From Corynebacterium tuberculostearicum (GTDB lineage: Bacteria; Actinomycetota; Actinomycetes; Mycobacteriales; Mycobacteriaceae), in assembly GCA_938008395.1 (NCBI GenBank), contig CALLKG010000057.1, positions 2,000 through 65,999 on the forward strand: DNA of 64,000 bases, written 5' to 3'. The notes under the pieces are model-generated. The model was not told the origin of the DNA. It did not search any database and worked only from the letters and a program-made list of their open reading frames with translations. The position numbers and the translations under genes were made by a program. Position 1 is the first letter of the stretch. Each line of letters starts with the position of its first letter. Positions 59,537 to 64,000 of the stretch are shown here, in pieces.

Positions 59537-60783
59537 GCACAACCCAAGAAACTAATATCTGGAAGGTTCCGGGCTATACCGCGACCATGTTGGCTATCGC
59601 CGCGGCCTTCGGTGCGTGGTCCATCCTCCTTCCAGTGGTGCCGCTAGCGGTCATTGACTCTGGTGGCTCAGCGACCTTGGCGGGCTCATCCACCGGCATC
59701 TTCATGGCCTTTACCGTGCTGACCCAGATCATTTCCCCATGGCTCCTGCGCCGGTGGGGCTACCGCCGTGTGATGGCACTGTCCGCTTTTACCTTGGGCG
59801 TACCTGCCTTTGGCCACCTACTGGGAACTGATGCCTGGGTAGTCCTGCTCTTTTCTGCTCTGCGCGGCGTCGGCTTTGGCGCGCTGACCGTTTCTGAGTC
59901 CGCGCTCATTGCGGAACTGGCGCCCGTACGCCTGCTGGGCAAGGCTACCGGCATGATTGGTGTCTTTACCGGCCTGGGCCAAATGGTCTTTTTGCCGCTG
60001 GGATTGATCATGGCGGAAAAGCTGGGTTATGCCTCGACGTATATCACCGCCGGCATCATTGGCTTTGTGGGCTTTGGTCTGTGCCTGCGCATTCCCAAGA
60101 TTAAGGTCACCCTCGCCTCCGATACTGAAGAGGAGCCGAACCTGATCCGCGTTCCTACGTGGAAGCTGGTGCTCGTTCCTGCGCTGGCGCTAACGACATT
60201 TTCAATGAGCTATGGCGCCGTGTCATCCTTCCTGCCGCCGGCGGTGCAAGAACTTGATGCCGAGCGCGGCGCTAGCTTGGCCGGCTTCATGCTGTCCATC
60301 GTGGGCGGCGCCGCCATGATTTTCCGCTACTTTGCCGGCATGGTGGCAGACCGCGTAGGCACCCCAGGCCGTCTGTATATCCCCAGTCAGATCATGGCCA
60401 TCGTGGGCGTGCTCGCCATCGCCGTCCCGCTGTACCTCGACGGTTCCGTGTGGTGGCTCGTGCTGGGTGCCTTCCTCTTCGGTGGTGCCTTTGGTATTGC
60501 GCAAAATGAAGCCCTGTTGTCGATGTTTGACCGTCTGCCACGCGAGCGCGTCTCGGAAGCTTCGGCCATCTGGAATATTTTCTATGATGGCGGCACTGGC
60601 TTGGGCTCGACCCTCTTGGGCGCCTTGGTCGCCGGCTACGGCTATGCAGGGGCTTTTGGCGCCGGCGTGGTCATCCTCGTCGCCGGCGTTGTGATGACGC
60701 TGGCAGATTTTATCCTTGGGCGCACCCGCGTGAGCGAAACCAACGATATCCGGACGCGACTGCGTCGCATGCGTAAGGTATAG
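59533..60783 (+). CDS. MFS transporter within the his cluster
   Basis: About 12 TM; motif A-like WLLRRWGYRR and GMVADRVG. Confidence 0.88.
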   Translation: MSTTQETNIWKVPGYTATMLAIAAAFGAWSILLPVVPLAVIDSGGSATLAGSSTGIFMAFTVLTQIISPWLLRRWGYRRVMALSAFTLGVPAFGHLLGTDAWVVLLFSALRGVGFGALTVSESALIAELAPVRLLGKATGMIGVFTGLGQMVFLPLGLIMAEKLGYASTYITAGIIGFVGFGLCLRIPKIKVTLASDTEEEPNLIRVPTWKLVLVPALALTTFSMSYGAVSSFLPPAVQELDAERGASLAGFMLSIVGGAAMIFRYFAGMVADRVGTPGRLYIPSQIMAIVGVLAIAVPLYLDGSVWWLVLGAFLFGGAFGIAQNEALLSMFDRLPRERVSEASAIWNIFYDGGTGLGSTLLGALVAGYGYAGAFGAGVVILVAGVVMTLADFILGRTRVSETNDIRTRLRRMRKV

Positions 60784-60786
60784 CCC

Positions 60787-61419
60787 ATGGCAAAGACGGT
60801 CGCATTATTGGATTATGGCGCGGGCAATGTGCGCTCGGCCCAGCGCGCGCTGGAGCGAGTGGGCGCGGACGTCACCGTTACCGCGGACCCTAAAGAAGCG
60901 GTGGAAGCGGACGGTCTGCTTGTCCCTGGCGTGGGTGCCTTTGCTGCCTGCATGCGCGGGCTACGGGCGGTGCAGGGCCCTCGGGTCATCGGCCAGCGCT
61001 TGGCAGGAGAGCGGCCGGTGTTGGGCATTTGCGTAGGCATGCAGGTCCTTTTCGACGCCGGAGTGGAACACAACATCAACTCCACCGGCTGCGGCGAGTG
61101 GCCCGGCACCGTGGAAAAGCTGCAATCTGCGGTGCTGCCGCATATGGGATGGAATACCGTAGAGGTACCCGTCGGCAGCGATATGTTTGCCGGAGTGGCC
61201 GAAGACGAGCGGTTTTATTTCGTGCATTCCTACGGCGTTCGCCGGTGGGAATTGGAAACAGAAATTACCCGTCCGCCGCAGGTGAGCTGGGCCGAGCACG
61301 CGGGCGATAGGTTCGTCGCGGCCGTAGAAAACGGCGCCCTGTGGGCGACCCAATTCCACCCTGAAAAATCCGGGGACGCCGGTGCACAGCTTTTGGAAAA
61401 CTGGATGCGTACGCTCTAG
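60787..61419 (+). CDS. hisH: IGP synthase glutaminase subunit
   Basis: DYGAGN, PGVGAF, GICVGMQ, YFVHSY, QFHPEKS; -10 TAAGGT 7 nt upstream. Confidence 0.97.
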   Translation: MAKTVALLDYGAGNVRSAQRALERVGADVTVTADPKEAVEADGLLVPGVGAFAACMRGLRAVQGPRVIGQRLAGERPVLGICVGMQVLFDAGVEHNINSTGCGEWPGTVEKLQSAVLPHMGWNTVEVPVGSDMFAGVAEDERFYFVHSYGVRRWELETEITRPPQVSWAEHAGDRFVAAVENGALWATQFHPEKSGDAGAQLLENWMRTL

Positions 61420-61433
61420 GTAGGATGAAGAAT

Positions 61434-62222
61434 ATGACTTTTACGCTCTTGCCAGCAGTCGATGTATCTCAAGGCCAAGCCGTGCGCCTAGATAAAGGCG
61501 AAGCAGGCACTGAAACCTCGTACGGCTCCCCGCGCGATGCCGCGCAAAAGTGGCAGTCCCAAGGCGCGCACTGGCTGCACTTTGTGGATTTGGATGCGGC
61601 TTTCGGCCGGGGCTCCAATCACGCAGAAATGGCGACGATTACTCGTGAGCTGGGCGTACATGTGGAGCTTAGTGGCGGCATCCGGGATGATGCCGCGGTG
61701 GAGCGCGCGCTGGCTACCGGCGCGCAGCGCATTAGTATCGGCACGGCTGCTCTAGAGCAGCCGGAATGGATCGAGGACATCCTGGCGCGCTACGGAGATA
61801 AGGTCGCCGTGGATCTCGCCGTGCGCGAAGATGGCGGCGAATGGCGTACCGCCGGCAATGGCTGGGTCTCCGATGGCGGCGATCTGTGGGAGGTACTCGA
61901 GCGCCTGGATGCAGCCGGATGCCAACGTTTTGTGGTGACCGACGTGTCGAAAGACGGCATGCTCACCGGACCTAATATTGAGCTCCTGCGCGAGGTGGCG
62001 ATGGCAACGGAGGCAAAAATCACCGCCTCTGGTGGCATTTCTAGCCTGGAAGACCTGCGCGAGCTCGCGCTTTATGAAAATGAGGGCATCGATTCCGCCA
62101 TTATTGGCAGGGCCCTGTACGAGGGGAATTTCACCCTCGACGAAGCACTCGCCGCGGTGGCCGAGGTAGAGCCGCTGCCGGCGGAAGAAACCATTGACCC
62201 TTACGACCCTGAGGACAACTAA
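61434..62222 (+). CDS. hisA: ProFAR isomerase HisA (PriA family)
   Basis: LLPAVD, VDLDAAFG, SGGIRD, TDVSKDG, SGGIS; ATG 61434 is 7 nt after -10 TAGGAT. Confidence 0.95.
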   Translation: MTFTLLPAVDVSQGQAVRLDKGEAGTETSYGSPRDAAQKWQSQGAHWLHFVDLDAAFGRGSNHAEMATITRELGVHVELSGGIRDDAAVERALATGAQRISIGTAALEQPEWIEDILARYGDKVAVDLAVREDGGEWRTAGNGWVSDGGDLWEVLERLDAAGCQRFVVTDVSKDGMLTGPNIELLREVAMATEAKITASGGISSLEDLRELALYENEGIDSAIIGRALYEGNFTLDEALAAVAEVEPLPAEETIDPYDPEDN

Positions 62223-62225
62223 GTC

Positions 62226-63008
62226 ATGATGGAACCCCGCGAGTTGGTGGCCTTCGCGGAGGCGGCCGTAGACCAAGTAGAACCCATTTTTCGCTCCGGC
62301 CTCGGAGCTGCGCCCGCCCGTTTTAAGGGACAGGGAGATTTTGCCACCGAGGTAGACCTCGTCATCGAGCAACAGCTGCGCGATATCTTGACCCAGATGA
62401 CCGGTATCCCGGTCTATGGAGAAGAATCGGGCGGCAGCGTGCTCGATACCGTGTGGGTGGTAGATCCGATCGATGGTACCGCAAACTATTCTGCCGGAAA
62501 CCCCATGGCCGGCATCCTGGTGGCGCTCATTCATGAGGGTGCGCCCGTCGCCGCGGTATCTGACTTCCCGCTCCTGGGGCGCCGTCTGGTCACCTGGGAT
62601 GGCTCCCCACTGCGCTCAGTAGGTGGGCCTGCCACTGGCTTCGGAGGAGGGGACGAAGCAATGGGATTTGATGAAGCACGCGGCCACGTGGGCTGCTCTT
62701 CCCACCTGCCTACCGAAATCTTCCATGAGCTGCGCGAGACCGGACTGCGCCCGCGAATGACCGGTTCCGTGGGACTTGATAATGCCTTCGTCGCGCAGGG
62801 TGTGTTTGATGGCGCGATTAACTTCTCCCCGCACCCCTGGGATAACGCCGCGGGTGCACTGCAGATTCAGGCAGCCGGTGGAGTTGTTACCGATCCGGAC
62901 GGAAATCCGTGGACTGCGCAGTCGCGCGGCATGGTGGCAGGTACCCCGCAGGTCCATGCCACCATCGTGGATATCCTGTCTCGTCATACCGGTTCCTTTC
63001 ACCGCTAA
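62226..63008 (+). CDS. impA: Inositol monophosphatase family protein
   Basis: DFATEVD, GEE, WVVDPIDGTANY, WDNAAG; hisA-impA-hisF order. Confidence 0.9.
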   Translation: MMEPRELVAFAEAAVDQVEPIFRSGLGAAPARFKGQGDFATEVDLVIEQQLRDILTQMTGIPVYGEESGGSVLDTVWVVDPIDGTANYSAGNPMAGILVALIHEGAPVAAVSDFPLLGRRLVTWDGSPLRSVGGPATGFGGGDEAMGFDEARGHVGCSSHLPTEIFHELRETGLRPRMTGSVGLDNAFVAQGVFDGAINFSPHPWDNAAGALQIQAAGGVVTDPDGNPWTAQSRGMVAGTPQVHATIVDILSRHTGSFHR

Positions 63009-63038
63009 GACTAAACACCTGAAAAGGAGGCGGCCGCC

Positions 63039-63809
63039 ATGGCTGTAGCCGTACGCGTGATCCCCTGCCTAGACGTGGACCAAGGCCGCGTGGTCAAGGG
63101 CATCAACTTTGACAACCTGCGCGATGCCGGCGACCCAGTGGAGTTGGCCGCGCGTTATGACTCCCTAGGAGCCGATGAACTTACCTTTTTAGACGTCTCT
63201 GCGTCCAAACAAGGCCGCTCCACCATGCTCGAGGTCGTGCGCCGCACCGCAGACCAGGTATTTATCCCCTTGACAGTGGGTGGCGGAGTTCGCAGCGTTG
63301 ATGACGTCCGAGAACTATTGCGCGCCGGGGCAGATAAGGTCTCCGTGAACACCGCGGCCATTAAGAATCCGGAACTGCTGCGCGAAATGGCTGAGATTTT
63401 CGGGGCCCAATGCATCGTGCTGTCTGTTGATGCCCGCCGGTGCCGCAAAGAGTATGCTGCATCCGGCTTTGAGGTCACCACGCACGGCGGTACGGAATCG
63501 GCCGGGATCGACGCCATCGAATGGGCACGCCGCGGCGAAGAACTCGGCGTAGGGGAGATCCTCCTCAACTCAATGGATGGCGATGGCACAAAGGAAGGAT
63601 TTGACCTTGAATTGCTGCGCGCCGTGCGCGCAGCGGTGACCATTCCCGTTATCGCCTCTGGCGGCGCGGGAAAAGCCGCGGATTTCCCACCGGCCGTTGC
63701 AGCCGGCGCCGATGCCGTCTTGGCAGCAAGCATTTTTCACTTCGGTGAGGTAGAAATCAGCGACGTGAAAGACGCCTTGGGCGCTGCTGGCTACGAGGTG
63801 CGCCGATGA
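63039..63809 (+). CDS. hisF: IGP synthase cyclase subunit
   Basis: [32 protein letters not shown] motifs. Confidence 0.97.
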   Translation: MAVAVRVIPCLDVDQGRVVKGINFDNLRDAGDPVELAARYDSLGADELTFLDVSASKQGRSTMLEVVRRTADQVFIPLTVGGGVRSVDDVRELLRAGADKVSVNTAAIKNPELLREMAEIFGAQCIVLSVDARRCRKEYAASGFEVTTHGGTESAGIDAIEWARRGEELGVGEILLNSMDGDGTKEGFDLELLRAVRAAVTIPVIASGGAGKAADFPPAVAAGADAVLAASIFHFGEVEISDVKDALGAAGYEVRR

Positions 63810-64000
63810 GTACCCCGGGCAACTATGAACTTAACGGGGGCATCGCCAAGCAGCTCAAGCGCAATGACCAAGGCTTGGTGCCGGCCATTGCCCAGGCTGA
63901 GTCTGGTGAGGTGCTGATGATGGCCTGGATGGATGACCACGCTTTGGCCCATACCCTCGCCACCCGCAAGGCAACGTATTTTTCGCGCTCGCGCAATGAG
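63806..64000 (+). CDS. hisI: Phosphoribosyl-AMP cyclohydrolase (3' end outside window)
   Basis: ATGA overlap with hisF; reads GLVPAIAQ...VLMMAWM...TYFSRSR. Confidence 0.9.
   Translation, partial: MSTPGNYELNGGIAKQLKRNDQGLVPAIAQAESGEVLMMAWMDDHALAHTLATRKATYFSRSRNE

Overview
Core chromosomal segment of a high-GC actinobacterium, almost certainly a Corynebacterium (gene order and protein signatures; species not determinable here). Left to right: the dcw cell-wall/division cluster (5'-truncated ftsL-like gene, ftsI, murE, murF, mraY, murD, ftsW, murG, murC, ftsQ, ftsZ, pgeF, yggS, sepF, yggT, divIVA); an HNH endonuclease gene; a translational T-box leader and ileS (type-2 IleRS); a 6.3-kb accessory block (ABC transporter, metallophosphoesterase, GntR regulator, MFS); dinB, asparaginase, two lipoproteins, lspA, rluD; a second, paralogous HNH gene; rarD, dnaE; a MetE-like enzyme behind a perfect McbR box; two secreted proteins with GSS-rich tails; ilvA-yigZ-hslR; a small alarmone synthetase; a DEDDh-BRCT exonuclease; glgX; a BioQ-like TetR; and the his cluster (hisD, C, B, small ORF, MFS, hisH, A, impA, hisF, 3'-truncated hisI). 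I saw no rRNA, tRNA, CRISPR array or transposase. No complete novel system is demonstrable from sequence alone. The best leads are the two divergent free-standing HNH paralogs, the ABC/metallophosphoesterase/GntR/MFS block with a 24-bp double-palindrome operator, a 17-bp stem hiding the RBS of the gene upstream of relS, a PcrA-like Tudor tail on DinB, the McbR-controlled MetE-like enzyme, and candidate O-mycoloylated GSS-tail proteins. At least 16 genes look leaderless (TANNNT, 6-8 nt, start codon), which I used to refine start codons.
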